A DNA stretch of 64,000 nt from Patescibacteria group bacterium (GCA_018826905.1 JAHJYC010000004.1:141717-205716), one strand, 5' to 3'; shown: positions 1 through 11,281, counted from the first letter of the stretch. The notes: generated by a model not told the origin, from the letters alone. Numbers and translations are program-made.

Positions 1-96
1 TGATTCAAAAACTTCCTCAGGAAACATTCTCTCAAATGCTTCCTGAGCTGCACGTACCTTCACCGGATTCTTTGAGGCAACAATAATCTTTTTCAT
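1..96 (-). CDS. Gene truncated by the window edge: only the N-terminal 32 codons are present (MKKIIVASKNPVKVRAAQEAFERMFPEEVFES...). The N-terminus resembles inosine/xanthosine triphosphatase (YjjX-like).
   Basis: The start codon is read as CAT at 94-96 on the plus strand, and the frame stays open to position 1. The MKKIIVASxNPxKV pattern is typical of YjjX-type NTPases. It sits 4 nt downstream of the FtsB-like gene. Confidence 0.3.
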   Translation of the reverse strand, partial: MKKIIVASKNPVKVRAAQEAFERMFPEEVFES

Positions 97-100
97 ATAT

Positions 101-463
101 CTATTTCCAAAACAGCATCGTATTCAAAAGCTTTTGGTGCCACTTCAGTTCTTCCTGAATTGGCACTTCCTTTGGAGGCACCACGATAATCACCTCTTCT
201 CCTGGTCTTGCAACGCCGTAGGTTTGTCGCAGTGTCGCTTCGTGCCCTCGCTCTGTAGAAAGCTCATTTATGTTTTCTTGTAGGATTGCCTGACGTTCTG
301 TAAGCAAGGCAAGTTCTGCCCTTCTCTCATCAACGGCCTTGCGGGCAATTTCTTCTTTCCTCGCAATACCCCACACAAGGAAGGACAGCCAAATAAGGAG
401 AAGAGCGAGCAAGGCCGCAAAGGCATATTGATGTATTCGTTGCTTTGTTGCCTTTCGCGCCAT
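101..463 (-). CDS. Septum formation initiator family protein (FtsB/DivIC-like).
   Basis: 120 aa with an N-terminal transmembrane helix followed by a coiled coil (ALLTERQAILQENINELSTER), which is typical FtsB/DivIC architecture. Confidence 0.55.
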   Translation of the reverse strand: MARKATKQRIHQYAFAALLALLLIWLSFLVWGIARKEEIARKAVDERRAELALLTERQAILQENINELSTERGHEATLRQTYGVARPGEEVIIVVPPKEVPIQEELKWHQKLLNTMLFWK

Positions 464-481
464 GCGTTTAGTATAGCAACC

Positions 482-2272
482 CTATCTATCGCTATCCTGA
501 ACCATCTTCATGAACACGTCCTGAGGGATGTCCATTTTTGCATGCTCTCCTCTGCGCTTCTTTCCCTTCTTTTGTTTTTCCAAGAGCTTCATCTTTCGTG
601 TAATGTCTCCCCCGTAGAGGTACCCCGTTACATCCTTCCTTAACGCTGAGATAGATTTGGACGCGATGATACGTCCAATGGCATGCGCCTGAATTTTAAG
701 CACGAACATCTGTCGTGGGAGGATCTTCTCAAGTTTCTCAACCATTCGCTGCCCCTCTTCTTCAACACGACGACGCGATACAACGCGAGCAAATGCAGGA
801 ACCGGTTCCTCTGCAACATATATCTCAAGCTTCACTACGTCTGCAGGACGCTCATCAAGGAACTCATAGGAGAGTGATGCATACCCAGAGGAAGCATTCT
901 TTACTTTGTCAAAGAATCCGCGCATAAGTTCTCGTAGCGGCATTTCAGCAGCAAGCTCAATACGCCCATCCAAGTGAGTCTCTGTGTCCATAACCGCCCC
1001 CTCGTGATCATGGAAGAGCTGCATCATAGAAGAGAGCGTGTCTGCAGGAGTGATAAGCACCACCTTTACCCACGGCTCTTCAATTGCCTGAATGTCTCCA
1101 AACGCAGGGAACTTTGACGGGGTGTAGACCGTCTCTCGCTTCCCATTCTTTGCAGTAACGATATAGGCAATGGTGGGAATCGTAACAATAAGAGAAAGAT
1201 TGAACTCTCTTTTTAACCGCTCCGTCACAATCTCAAGATGAAGCATGCCAAGGAACCCACACCGGAACCCACGCCCCAGCACGCCTGAAGACTCCTCTTC
1301 AAAAGATAAAGACGAGTCTGAAAGGCGAAGACGCTCAAGAGACTGACGCAGCTCTGTGAGGTCGTCCTGACTCTCAGGATACACAGACGCCCATACAACG
1401 GGACGAGGGCGCTCAAAGCCTCCCAGGGCCTTTCTAGGGCCTTTATCTGTAAGAATAGTATCTCCCACAGCAACCACACCAGCTTCCTTAACGCCGGTTA
1501 CAATGTAGCCAATTTCTCCTGCAGAGAGGCTTTCTGTTTGTACTTCGTCTGGCATAAAAATACCTGTTTCAAGAGCGGTGAACTTCTGCTCTGCCGCAGA
1601 AAAACGCAGCACATCCCCTTTCTTAAAGGTTCCATCAAACACGCGGGCAAAGACTGCGATACCGCGGTGTGGAGTGAAGGAGAAATCAAAGATGAGTGCG
1701 CGAGAATCTCCAGGTTCACTCGGGCGAGGCGCCGGCACGCGCGCTATAACAGCTTCAAGGAGTGCTTCAACTCCTTCTCCCGTGCGACCAGATACTGCCA
1801 GTACCGTCTCAGGTTCAACATTTAGAAGTTCTGCGAGCTCAAGTGTTACATCCTCAACTCTCGCAGCAGGTGCATCAATCTTTGAAAGGACAGGGATAAT
1901 TACACAGCCAGCATTTCGTGCCATGCCGAGCGTGGTGAGAGTTTGTGCTTGAATACCTTGTGTTGAGTCAACAAGAAGAATAACTCCCTCAACAGCAGAG
2001 AGCGCGCGAGATACCTCGTATGCAAAGTCTATGTGTCCTGGAGTATCAATAAGATTAAGCACATACGGGGTACCATCTTTAGCCTTATACTTCATGCGCG
2101 CCGGCTGCATCTTAATAGTGATACCGCGCTCTCGCTCCAGATCCATTTTATCTAGCACCTGGTCCCTCATTTTTCTCGCTTCAATTGTGCCGGTACGCTC
2201 AAGAAGCCTATCCGCTAGAGTAGATTTCCCATGATCAATATGGGCGATGATGCTGAAGTTTCGTATGTTCAT
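482..2272 (-). CDS. lepA: Elongation factor 4 (LepA), a translational GTPase.
   Basis: 596 aa with the G1 motif AHIDHGKST and the DTPGHIDF motif, plus a LepA-specific C-terminal domain. Confidence 0.95.
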   Translation of the reverse strand: MNIRNFSIIAHIDHGKSTLADRLLERTGTIEARKMRDQVLDKMDLERERGITIKMQPARMKYKAKDGTPYVLNLIDTPGHIDFAYEVSRALSAVEGVILLVDSTQGIQAQTLTTLGMARNAGCVIIPVLSKIDAPAARVEDVTLELAELLNVEPETVLAVSGRTGEGVEALLEAVIARVPAPRPSEPGDSRALIFDFSFTPHRGIAVFARVFDGTFKKGDVLRFSAAEQKFTALETGIFMPDEVQTESLSAGEIGYIVTGVKEAGVVAVGDTILTDKGPRKALGGFERPRPVVWASVYPESQDDLTELRQSLERLRLSDSSLSFEEESSGVLGRGFRCGFLGMLHLEIVTERLKREFNLSLIVTIPTIAYIVTAKNGKRETVYTPSKFPAFGDIQAIEEPWVKVVLITPADTLSSMMQLFHDHEGAVMDTETHLDGRIELAAEMPLRELMRGFFDKVKNASSGYASLSYEFLDERPADVVKLEIYVAEEPVPAFARVVSRRRVEEEGQRMVEKLEKILPRQMFVLKIQAHAIGRIIASKSISALRKDVTGYLYGGDITRKMKLLEKQKKGKKRRGEHAKMDIPQDVFMKMVQDSDR

Positions 2273-2279
2273 GAAAGAC

Positions 2280-3962
2280 TTAGGCGTCCGATCGGTCAGA
2301 CAGCACGGGACCTGATGGTTTCAGTGCTGTTCCTGGCTTCAGGCGCTTTAGAGAGGCAACAAGATCTTTAAACTCTTGGTTTGCAAGTAGTGCCAGAACT
2401 GCTGCCGCTACCGTCAGTCCCACCATACCAGCAAGCGTAGCTTCAGCAAAGACAATGAAGAGCGTGGTTGCAGGAGCGAGGGAGGCGGTAAACGTAAGAA
2501 CGCCATAACTTGTTGCCCCTCCAAGAATGGCCGCCCCAAACCCTTCAAACAACGGACGAAGCAGACTCTTTGCTACTCCCGGTGCAACACTCTTTAGTGT
2601 AAGGAGTGCAATAGCTCCGGTTGCCAACTGGCCCAGGGCCGCTCCAAGTGCAATAAGAAGAATTTCAGAACCTGGCGTGTCCTCAATTCTAAACAAGGCT
2701 TCAATAAAGTACTTGAACAGTGGGAAGCTCTCAGCAAGTGCCAACGCTCCCCACGCAAAGAGAACTGAAATAATAGCTCCAACTGCTTGAATAACAAGTG
2801 GGTTCCAAGACTTTTGTGCAGCGTAAAATGCGCGTGACGCAAGCAACACAAGTCCTTGCGCAATAAGCGCTGAAACAAGTACAGCAAGGATAGCGGCAGT
2901 AAGCTTTGTTGCGTTCCAATCAAACGCTCCCGTTCCAAGTACGATGCGTACTATATGGGCACGCAATACGAGCGTAAGCACTGCAACAATGGCTGACCAA
3001 AAAATAATATGTCTAGCCGCAGCAGAGAGTGTTGATTTAAACGCTTCATACCGTTTTGCTTCCATAGACTCAGCAAGCACAGGGAATGCTGCAGTTGCGT
3101 AGGAGGCGCCTATAAGAGAGAGCGGTACTGCCTGCAAGTTACTTGCAAGGGTATAGACTGCAATACTTCCTTCACCAGTTCGTGCGGCAAGAATAGTGAG
3201 TAGCAGGGTCGTTATAGACCCCATAGCAAGCGCAAGAGAACGTGGTACAGAATCCCGTACTACCGGCCACAACAATTTTGGATCTGGGAGCGTGAGCGTA
3301 GGGACTAGCTTTGCCTGCATAAGAACAGGGACGTGGACGAGCAGATGCGCAAGTGCACCAAGCAATACACCCACACCAATTCCGGTGAGTCCAAACAGTG
3401 GATACAACACAACCGTACCGAATATGATTCCTAAATTGTAGAGAACTGGAGAAAGTGCAAATAGAACAAATCTCCTGCTAACCTGGGTTACGCTCGTAAT
3501 AATCCCCGACAATCCAAGAAGTATTGGCTGGATTAAGAGAAGACGCGTGAGCAAAACAAATGATTCGGCATGTTGAGATGTCGCTGCATTCGGGAACAAA
3601 ACAAAGATGAACGAAGGAACAAATAGTGCCAACAACAAACACAACAGTCCTCCTCCTATAAGAAGAAAGGACGCTGTTTGTGAAAGAAGTTTTCTATTTT
3701 GCTCTTTGCTTCCCCCCGTAATGCGCGGGATAAGTACGTACGCAGAAACTAGTGATGCAACGAGAGCAAACACTAAGTCAGGCACCTTAAAAGCCGCATA
3801 GTACAGATCCAATATTTCACCCGCGCCAAAACTGTGCGCAAATAATCGGTCTCGTAAGAGAGCCAGTATCTGGGAAGCCAGGGTAAGGCCCGCAAGCACG
3901 TACGCGGCCTGGTGAAGGCCGCGTACTGGTGCTGAGAGTGTTTTTAGGATTGCGCGAACCAT
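2280..3962 (-). CDS. murJ: Lipid II flippase MurJ (MviN family).
   Basis: 560-aa polytopic membrane protein. The N-terminus (LLRDRLFAHSFGAGEILDLYYAAFKVPDLVFAL) matches the MurJ/MviN signature region. Confidence 0.8.
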   Translation of the reverse strand: MVRAILKTLSAPVRGLHQAAYVLAGLTLASQILALLRDRLFAHSFGAGEILDLYYAAFKVPDLVFALVASLVSAYVLIPRITGGSKEQNRKLLSQTASFLLIGGGLLCLLLALFVPSFIFVLFPNAATSQHAESFVLLTRLLLIQPILLGLSGIITSVTQVSRRFVLFALSPVLYNLGIIFGTVVLYPLFGLTGIGVGVLLGALAHLLVHVPVLMQAKLVPTLTLPDPKLLWPVVRDSVPRSLALAMGSITTLLLTILAARTGEGSIAVYTLASNLQAVPLSLIGASYATAAFPVLAESMEAKRYEAFKSTLSAAARHIIFWSAIVAVLTLVLRAHIVRIVLGTGAFDWNATKLTAAILAVLVSALIAQGLVLLASRAFYAAQKSWNPLVIQAVGAIISVLFAWGALALAESFPLFKYFIEALFRIEDTPGSEILLIALGAALGQLATGAIALLTLKSVAPGVAKSLLRPLFEGFGAAILGGATSYGVLTFTASLAPATTLFIVFAEATLAGMVGLTVAAAVLALLANQEFKDLVASLKRLKPGTALKPSGPVLSDRSDA

Positions 3963-3977
3963 GTACGCCCGTGAGAA

Positions 3978-6404
3978 CTACTGTGCTGGGGCATTAGTTG
4001 CAGACTCATTAAGGGATCCTTGTGGAATTCCAAGTGCTCCAAGGCGCGATGGTGGGAATGGGTTTCTTCCCTGGCGAAGTGCTGCGAGATCAGCTGCAAT
4101 TGCTTCTTCATTCTCAGGTGAAAGTGCGGCAACTGTTTCAAGCTCTGCAATAGCCCTGTCATACTGGCCACTGATACCGTACATAACTCCTAGGAAGAAA
4201 CGGGCATTAGCATACTGAGGATTCAGTTCAACAGAGCGTGCAAGTGCCTGAATTGCTCCAGGATTATCTCCGTTTGCTGATCGCAAGATTCCTACCTGGA
4301 AAAGTACTACAGGGTCATTCGGTGCGAAGTACGCTGCGGCTTCAGCTGCCTCAAGTGCTTCACGTGCACGGCCCTGTTGCACTGCGAGCTGTGAGAGCAA
4401 GAAGATTGCCTCAGTGTAATCACGCTTTAGGTTAATTGCTTGCATAAGGTTCTCCTCAGCTGCTTCTGCATTTTCGTTTGCAATCTCAAGCTGAGCGAGA
4501 ACAAATGGAAGTGTTGGGTTTGTTGGGTTAAGCGCAACTGCTCTATCGTATGCAGCCTTAGCATTGTCATACGCACCTTCAATGTTAAGTGGCACAACTG
4601 TCTGGTACACGTTTCCAAGGATTGCCCAATTCTGATAGTTGTTTGGGCCAAGTCTTGTCGCAGTGAGTGCTGCTTCAATACTTCCAGAGAGTGCCTGCTG
4701 GAACTGTTGCTGTGCATCTGCAGCGGCTAGCGTGCTATCTGATGCAATGGTGTTCATACGAGCAATTCCAACACCTGCAGCAAGCTGGTATGCGCGATCT
4801 GAAGGAGCAAACAGTATTGAGCGTGCAATATCTGCTTCTGCTTCTTCTAGGTTTCCAGAAGAAAGCGCAACGGTTGCTTCAGTGTATGCAACTCCTGCAA
4901 GGTAACGCTCAATAACAACGTACGCTGCAACGATAGAGGCAAGGAGAAGCAGTGTAAGCCCAAAAACGATAATGAATCCGATGCGTGGACTGCGCGCGAA
5001 GATAACTCCCCACTCCCGAGCATTCGTTCCATAACGGAGCGAAGACACAAAGAGTCCGACTAGCAAGAACCCAGCAAGCAAAACAAGTGGTCCAGGGACG
5101 TTAAATATCGCAAGCGCAAGCACGTACAGCACTCCTGTGAAAGAAGCTGCTGAGACAAACCGCACAAACGGATCCTGTGGCATGCGCAGAAGGAGCGCAC
5201 GAAGACCAAAGAACAGGAAGAGACCAATGAAACCAAGCCATGCAAGTGCTCCTACAAGTCCTGTAGTAACAAAAGACGACGGAATGAAGCCAATGCCTGA
5301 CGTAAAGTCTATGTTCCAGAAGATGGTGTCGTTTAGACTCCTGTCTTTAAACTGAATCCACTGAGCGCCAAATGTTCCAGGCCCTGAACCAAAGAGCGGA
5401 GAGGAAGCATAGGTATGCCCTCCAATATCAAAGGTTGATTGCCATGATGGACGAACATCAACAACACTTGTTCCAAGTGCTGATACAAGCGCATTTCCAA
5501 TTGTTGATCCTCCAATGAGGAAGAAAAGTGAGATGGCGAGTACTGCGAGAGGTGCCGCGAGCGAGCTTGATGCACCTGCCTCCTCTTCAGTCTCAGTCTC
5601 AGCGAGCATGAGTGCAACTCCATCTAAATCAGAATCGTCTGCCATAGGACGACGACGCATAATCGCTTCAATAAAGAGCGCAAGCGAAACGAGCGCAATG
5701 AGAGACCACACAACTGCTGAGTTCACGAGAGCGAGCATCAAGAGACCGAGTCCTCCTCCTATAAGAAGGAGCGTGCGCTTTCGTCCGGTAACTGCAAGTA
5801 GACGAAGTGCTAGGAGGATCACGGTAACACCGAGTCCCACGAACATACCGAAGTCAGCAAATGAGCCGATTAGGTTTGTTGTCGGTGAGATAAAGCTTGG
5901 TGCAATGCGTCCAAGGACAAGAATCAGTACCTGCGCAACAAGCGTAATACCGAATACAAATGAACTTACCTTAAAGAAGGTCTGATAGCTCTGAGTGCGT
6001 CGGAACGCGAGGGCCGTAAGCGTTGCGAGCATTGCGAGAATCAATACAAAGCCAAACGTGTCTGTCTCAAGTTCAGTTCCGAAGAATCCGTTCTGAATTC
6101 CCACTCCTGAAAACAAAGATGAGAACAGATAAGCAAGCGGTACGAGCCAGAGTGCTCCAAGAAGTGGTAGTGGAGGCACAATCACATTGCCACGAGTAAG
6201 ACGCGCAAGAATGAAGAGCGCTAGCGTAACAAGTGCTCCGAGAGCAATGATAGTTACTTTCGTGTAAAGGAACGGAATTGTAATAACAGGGATAAAGGCG
6301 ACAACGCTTATTGCAAGCGTAAGAACTGCTGCCCAACTTGTGGCAACATCAAATGACAAACGCTTTGTGCGCGCCGGTCGTACTCCAGATGAATTCTCGT
6401 GCAT
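3978..6404 (-). CDS. Polytopic membrane protein with an O-antigen ligase/Wzy-like core and a C-terminal TPR repeat domain.
   Basis: 808 aa. The N-terminal ~550 aa carry about 10 TM helices of Wzy_C type. The C-terminal ~250 aa contain several TPR-like repeats (AYDRAVALNP..., ALARSVELNPQYANARFFLGVMYGISGQYDRAIAEL). Confidence 0.55.
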   Translation of the reverse strand: MHENSSGVRPARTKRLSFDVATSWAAVLTLAISVVAFIPVITIPFLYTKVTIIALGALVTLALFILARLTRGNVIVPPLPLLGALWLVPLAYLFSSLFSGVGIQNGFFGTELETDTFGFVLILAMLATLTALAFRRTQSYQTFFKVSSFVFGITLVAQVLILVLGRIAPSFISPTTNLIGSFADFGMFVGLGVTVILLALRLLAVTGRKRTLLLIGGGLGLLMLALVNSAVVWSLIALVSLALFIEAIMRRRPMADDSDLDGVALMLAETETEEEAGASSSLAAPLAVLAISLFFLIGGSTIGNALVSALGTSVVDVRPSWQSTFDIGGHTYASSPLFGSGPGTFGAQWIQFKDRSLNDTIFWNIDFTSGIGFIPSSFVTTGLVGALAWLGFIGLFLFFGLRALLLRMPQDPFVRFVSAASFTGVLYVLALAIFNVPGPLVLLAGFLLVGLFVSSLRYGTNAREWGVIFARSPRIGFIIVFGLTLLLLASIVAAYVVIERYLAGVAYTEATVALSSGNLEEAEADIARSILFAPSDRAYQLAAGVGIARMNTIASDSTLAAADAQQQFQQALSGSIEAALTATRLGPNNYQNWAILGNVYQTVVPLNIEGAYDNAKAAYDRAVALNPTNPTLPFVLAQLEIANENAEAAEENLMQAINLKRDYTEAIFLLSQLAVQQGRAREALEAAEAAAYFAPNDPVVLFQVGILRSANGDNPGAIQALARSVELNPQYANARFFLGVMYGISGQYDRAIAELETVAALSPENEEAIAADLAALRQGRNPFPPSRLGALGIPQGSLNESATNAPAQ

Positions 6405-6486
6405 AGATATATATAAAAACGGCCCTAGTAATTCATTCAGTATACCGCGTTGCTTTTCTTACATTAGAAAAGAGGTGGGGACATAT

Positions 6487-6517
6487 AAGGCAAAACCCAC
6501 CCTTGTGGGGCGGGTTT
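6487..6517 (-). terminator. Hairpin downstream of the RNase P RNA (AAAACCCGCCCC-ACAA-GGGTGGGTTTTG in the minus orientation).
   Basis: A GC-rich imperfect stem with a short U tract, lying immediately 3' of the predicted rnpB 3' end. Confidence 0.35.
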
Positions 6518-6519
6518 TG

Positions 6520-6868
6520 CACGAATGGATACCGGTCCGATAAGCCGAATTCTGTCCCTTCAAAGAAGAGGACGGTCATCTATCTGGGAGTGTTGTTACC
6601 AACACCCTCAAGCGGCGCTCCCGCACGAGGACGGGCACGGCCTTGCACAGGGGTAAGGATTTAGCCGTTTCAGCTTGAAGTCACCTTCAGGACACTCTTA
6701 GAAAGAGTCTCTATCCTTTCGGAATTGAGCGTTTCTGTTCGCACCTCGCGCCTTTCGGCGGACGGGCGTTACCCGCTACCTGTCTGCAGCGAACTGCCTG
6801 TGTTCGGACTTTCCTCTCTACAATACAAGTATCATAGAGCGACCGTCTGGGCCGGTCCATATATATTA
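6520..6868 (-). ncRNA. rnpB: RNase P RNA (bacterial M1-like RNA).
   Basis: The minus-strand sequence carries the universally conserved P4 and neighbouring elements. These are GAGGAAAGUCCGAACAC (E. coli GAGGAAAGUCCGGGCUCC), GGUAACGCC in the P10/11 region, and the 3'-proximal GACAGAAUUCGGCUUAUCGGACCGG (E. coli GACAGAACCCGGCUUAUCGGUCAG). The 5' segment CCCAGACGGUCGC aligns with E. coli CCAGACAGUCGC, and the P1 ends can pair. The region contains no credible ORF. Confidence 0.75.
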
Positions 6869-6879
6869 TACAACGATCT

Positions 6880-7344
6880 TTATTGCTGCGCTAGAGGCAG
6901 CTCAATCTGTGTTCCTATAGTCCACCCTTGGCGCTCAGCCTCTCCTGGGACAGTTTCAAGAACGTAGCGTACTGGTTCTGGGGGAAAGAATGATTGAGGA
7001 AAAGACTCCGGTGTTGCTTCTTGTTCAATTCCTATGATAGTTCCATCGTCTCTAATCCAGATCATATCAATTGCAAATTGCATGTCTTTCATCCAAAAGC
7101 CATGGAGGTCTTTTTGTGGAAAGACAAAGAGCATTCCATAGTTTTCTGGAATACTTGTGCGTCCACTTAACCCTTGCTCCCGTGTCGCATCTGTAGACAC
7201 TATTTCATAAGTGAAAGAAGCAGATGTCTCCACCTGTGTCGCAGCTGGAGGAGCTGGTGCCTGCACTCTTGTAGCAACAAAGAAGATTCCTCCAAAGAGA
7301 ATTCCTATAATAAGCGCAGGCAGAGCTAGTTTGAGGTAGTTCAT
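6880..7344 (-). CDS. DUF192 domain protein (COG1430-like), membrane anchored.
   Basis: 154 aa with an N-terminal TM helix. The core (GLSGRTSIPENYGMLFVF...FWMKDMQFAIDMIWI...DGTIIGI) matches the DUF192 pattern. Confidence 0.6.
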   Translation of the reverse strand: MNYLKLALPALIIGILFGGIFFVATRVQAPAPPAATQVETSASFTYEIVSTDATREQGLSGRTSIPENYGMLFVFPQKDLHGFWMKDMQFAIDMIWIRDDGTIIGIEQEATPESFPQSFFPPEPVRYVLETVPGEAERQGWTIGTQIELPLAQQ

Positions 7345-7378
7345 AACGTGTTGGAAAAAATTCTTAACACAAGATAGC

Positions 7379-7464
7379 GGAGGCGGAGAGATTCGAACTC
7401 TCGAGACCCTTTCGGGCCTGCCGCCTTTCCAAGGCGGTGCACTAGACCTCTATGCGACGCCTCC
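7379..7464 (-). tRNA. tRNA-Ser (anticodon GGA).
   Basis: The minus-strand sequence GGAGGCGUCGCAUAGAGGUCUAGUGCACCGCCUUGGAAAGGCGGCAGGCCCGAAAGGGUCUCGAGAGUUCGAAUCUCUCCGCCUCCG folds as a cloverleaf with a 7-bp acceptor stem, a CCGCC/GGCGG anticodon stem, loop UUGGAAA (anticodon GGA), a long variable arm typical of tRNA-Ser, and a GGUUCGAAUCU T-arm. Confidence 0.85.
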
Positions 7465-7498
7465 TGTGCGTGGCTGTTATACCACAAATTCCCTTCTC

Positions 7499-8392
7499 TT
7501 ACGCCCCCTTTCCAAGCAACGCTTCAACCCTGTCCTCAACCGGCGGATGCGTTGAGAAGATGCGGTTCATGAACTTGCCTGCTTGGTTTCCAAAAGGGTT
7601 TCCGATAAAGAGGTGCGCTGTTGCATGATTGGCCCGGCGCATAGGCTGCGCATATCCACTAATCTTCTGAAGTGCTGACGCAAGTCCCTCAGGATAGCGC
7701 GTAAGGAGAGCTCCAGAGGAGTCCGCAAGGAACTCTCTTCTTCTAGAAATTGCCATCTGAATAAGTTGGGCTGCGAGTGGCGCCAAGATTGCTGCAACAA
7801 GAGCGAGTACAAGGAAGAGCGCTCCGCTCTTGTTGTCTCCTCTATCGCCCCCGCCAAACAACGACATGCGTAAGAACAAATCTGCGATTATGGCAATAAA
7901 GCCCGCAAGCACCACAGCAACGGTCATAACTAGCATGTCCTTATTTCTGATGTGTGAAAGCTCATGTGCAATAACTCCCTCAAGTTCAGCACGGGTAAGC
8001 AAGGAAAGAAGACCAGTGGTTGCGGCTACAACAGCATGCTTTTCATCCCTTCCAGTTGCAAACGCATTCGGTGCTGGGTCTTCAATAACATAGAGCTTCG
8101 GCATTTCCATCCCTGCTGTAATAGAAAGGTTCTCTGTAACTGTATAGAGATCAAAATACTCCTCACGGGTAGCAGGACGTGCTCCGTTCATAGAGAGTGC
8201 AATCTTATCGGAGAACCAGTAGCTCCCTACATTCATAAGCACGGAAAAGATAACTGCTCCATACAAAATAGCAGGGGAGTTGTAGTACCAAGACACTGCC
8301 CACCCAATAGCAATAACTATAATCAAGAACACTGCCATGAGCATGTAGGTCTTGAATACGTTATGTGATCTTTCTTGGTAGAGGTCTGCCAT
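7499..8392 (-). CDS. htpX: Zinc metalloprotease HtpX (peptidase M48).
   Basis: 297 aa with N-terminal TM helices, an HELSH zinc-binding HExxH motif, and a C-terminal region of M48/HtpX type. Confidence 0.9.
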   Translation of the reverse strand: MADLYQERSHNVFKTYMLMAVFLIIVIAIGWAVSWYYNSPAILYGAVIFSVLMNVGSYWFSDKIALSMNGARPATREEYFDLYTVTENLSITAGMEMPKLYVIEDPAPNAFATGRDEKHAVVAATTGLLSLLTRAELEGVIAHELSHIRNKDMLVMTVAVVLAGFIAIIADLFLRMSLFGGGDRGDNKSGALFLVLALVAAILAPLAAQLIQMAISRRREFLADSSGALLTRYPEGLASALQKISGYAQPMRRANHATAHLFIGNPFGNQAGKFMNRIFSTHPPVEDRVEALLGKGA

Positions 8393-8415
8393 AGTTATGT
8401 AGACGAGTATCTCAG

Positions 8416-8727
8416 TTATTTCTTTTCAAAGCGGTCTTTGTCTCGCCCGTAGCACTTGTTCATCTTCTGAGCAAACGCTTCATCAAGATCTATCTCGTGC
8501 TTGTTTGCAAGACACATAGCCGCAAATATCACATCCACAATCTCTTCTCCGAGCTCTTGCGCAGCTTCCTCAGCTTTCTTTTGCTTAGGGCCATACATGT
8601 GATTCACGAGTCGCGCAACTTCCCCAACTTCTTCGGTGAGAGCAGCAAGCTGGGCAAGCGCTGGCCAATAGGGATCCTTAAACCCCTGCGCCCAGTCATC
8701 TATCTGTTTCTGGGCGTCTTTGAGCAT
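8416..8727 (-). CDS. MazG-like nucleoside triphosphate pyrophosphohydrolase domain protein.
   Basis: 103-aa all-alpha protein. LTEEVGEVARLV...EELGEEIVDVIFAAMCLAN matches the MazG/HisE EExxE-type motif arrangement. Confidence 0.5.
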   Translation of the reverse strand: MLKDAQKQIDDWAQGFKDPYWPALAQLAALTEEVGEVARLVNHMYGPKQKKAEEAAQELGEEIVDVIFAAMCLANKHEIDLDEAFAQKMNKCYGRDKDRFEKK

Positions 8728-8731
8728 GGAG

Positions 8732-9292
8732 CTAGAAGGCGACTTTTACGGGCTCGCGTGCAGCTTCTTCCCCTTCTGCAAGTTCAAACAAACTCATCTG
8801 CTTGAAACTGAACATGCCAGCAATAACATTTCCTGGGAACTGCTCTAGTGCTGTGTTGAGTGTCTGCACGGTAGTGTTGTAGAAGCGGCGAGAGGCCATA
8901 ATCTTATTCTCCGTGTCAGACAATTCACGCTGCAGTTCCAAGAAGTTAGTGTTTGCTTTAAGGTCTGGATAGCTCTCAGATACAGCAAAGAGGGACTTGA
9001 GTGCTCCGGTAAGCATATTCTCAGCAGCTGCGTGCTGTTCAACTGTTCCTGCGTTCATTGCTGCAGTACGCGCTTCAGTTACCTGAGCAAGCGTAGTACT
9101 TTCATGCGCAGCGTATCCCTTAACCGTCTCAATAAGGTTAGGGATGAGGTCATAGCGGCGCTTCATCTGCACCTCAATATCAGACCACGCTTCCTTAGCG
9201 CGATTACGCAGACTAATAAAGCCGTTATATGAGAGCACTACCCACAAAACAACAAGGGCGAGTACACCGAGCGCGATATAAAGAATAGTCAT
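8732..9292 (-). CDS. LemA family protein.
   Basis: An N-terminal TM helix followed by the LemA core (YNGFISLRNRAKEAWSDIEVQMKRRYDLIPNLIETVKGYAAHE...). The start is placed at the internal Met (MTILY...); the ORF-track start at 9328 would add 12 poorly conserved residues. Confidence 0.75.
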   Translation of the reverse strand: MTILYIALGVLALVVLWVVLSYNGFISLRNRAKEAWSDIEVQMKRRYDLIPNLIETVKGYAAHESTTLAQVTEARTAAMNAGTVEQHAAAENMLTGALKSLFAVSESYPDLKANTNFLELQRELSDTENKIMASRRFYNTTVQTLNTALEQFPGNVIAGMFSFKQMSLFELAEGEEAAREPVKVAF

Positions 9293-9383
9293 ATACGTAC
9301 ATTGTAAGGTGCAGAAAAATGTATGCAAGTGGTTTGCAGAGCCACTGCCTTAGGTGTAGGGTCAGGTGCGAGGAGGAGAGAAT

Positions 9384-9542
9384 ATGCACATTAATCTGGA
9401 TGGGGTTGCAGACCACTTGGCTGACAAGGTTCTGGCGGCTGTCCCTGCGATCTGCTACACAGCGATTGCGGCGGTAATTGTGATCGGAGCCCTGGAAGCT
9501 TTCCTGCGGCACATAGACAGCACCAAGAGCAACAACAAGTAG
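9384..9542 (+). CDS. Small hypothetical membrane protein of 52 aa (MHINLDGVADHLADKVLAAVPAICYTAIAAVIVIGALEAFLRHIDSTKSNNK). It is too short to appear in the ORF track.
   Basis: A strong Shine-Dalgarno sequence AGGAGG sits 7 nt upstream of the ATG (9371-9376). There is one predicted TM helix, and an intrinsic terminator follows at 9562-9597. Confidence 0.4.
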   Translation: MHINLDGVADHLADKVLAAVPAICYTAIAAVIVIGALEAFLRHIDSTKSNNK

Positions 9543-9561
9543 TCGCCGCCCGAATCACAAA

Positions 9562-9597
9562 CGCCCCAGTCCTTATTTGGACCAGGGCGTTTTTTCT
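9562..9597. terminator. Intrinsic terminator hairpin (CGCCCCAGUCC-UUAUUU-GGACCAGGGCG followed by UUUUUU), probably bidirectional for the small plus-strand ORF and for groEL.
   Basis: A GC-rich stem followed by a T6 run on the plus strand, lying 14 nt downstream of the groEL stop when read on the minus strand. Confidence 0.5.
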
Positions 9598-9610
9598 TGT
9601 GTGTAGGCTT

Positions 9611-11263
<1,653 letters not shown>

Positions 11264-11281
11264 TTACTAGGGGAGTAAGAA

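Noticed and set aside
1578-1952. Numerous 60-190-aa ORFs embedded in or antisense to large genes, for example 1578..1952, 5515..5985, 10266..10649, 35200..35727, 35977..36477 and 48323..48646.
   Set aside because: They are shadow ORFs inside well-supported genes (lepA, Wzy-like, groEL, RND permease, msrAB). Their translations are low-complexity Ser/Arg/Ala-rich with no motifs.
6725-6967. An 80-aa plus-strand ORF, and the 6340..6543 ORF, in the RNase P RNA region.
   Set aside because: They overlap a well-supported RNase P RNA and the terminator region, and they lack any protein features.
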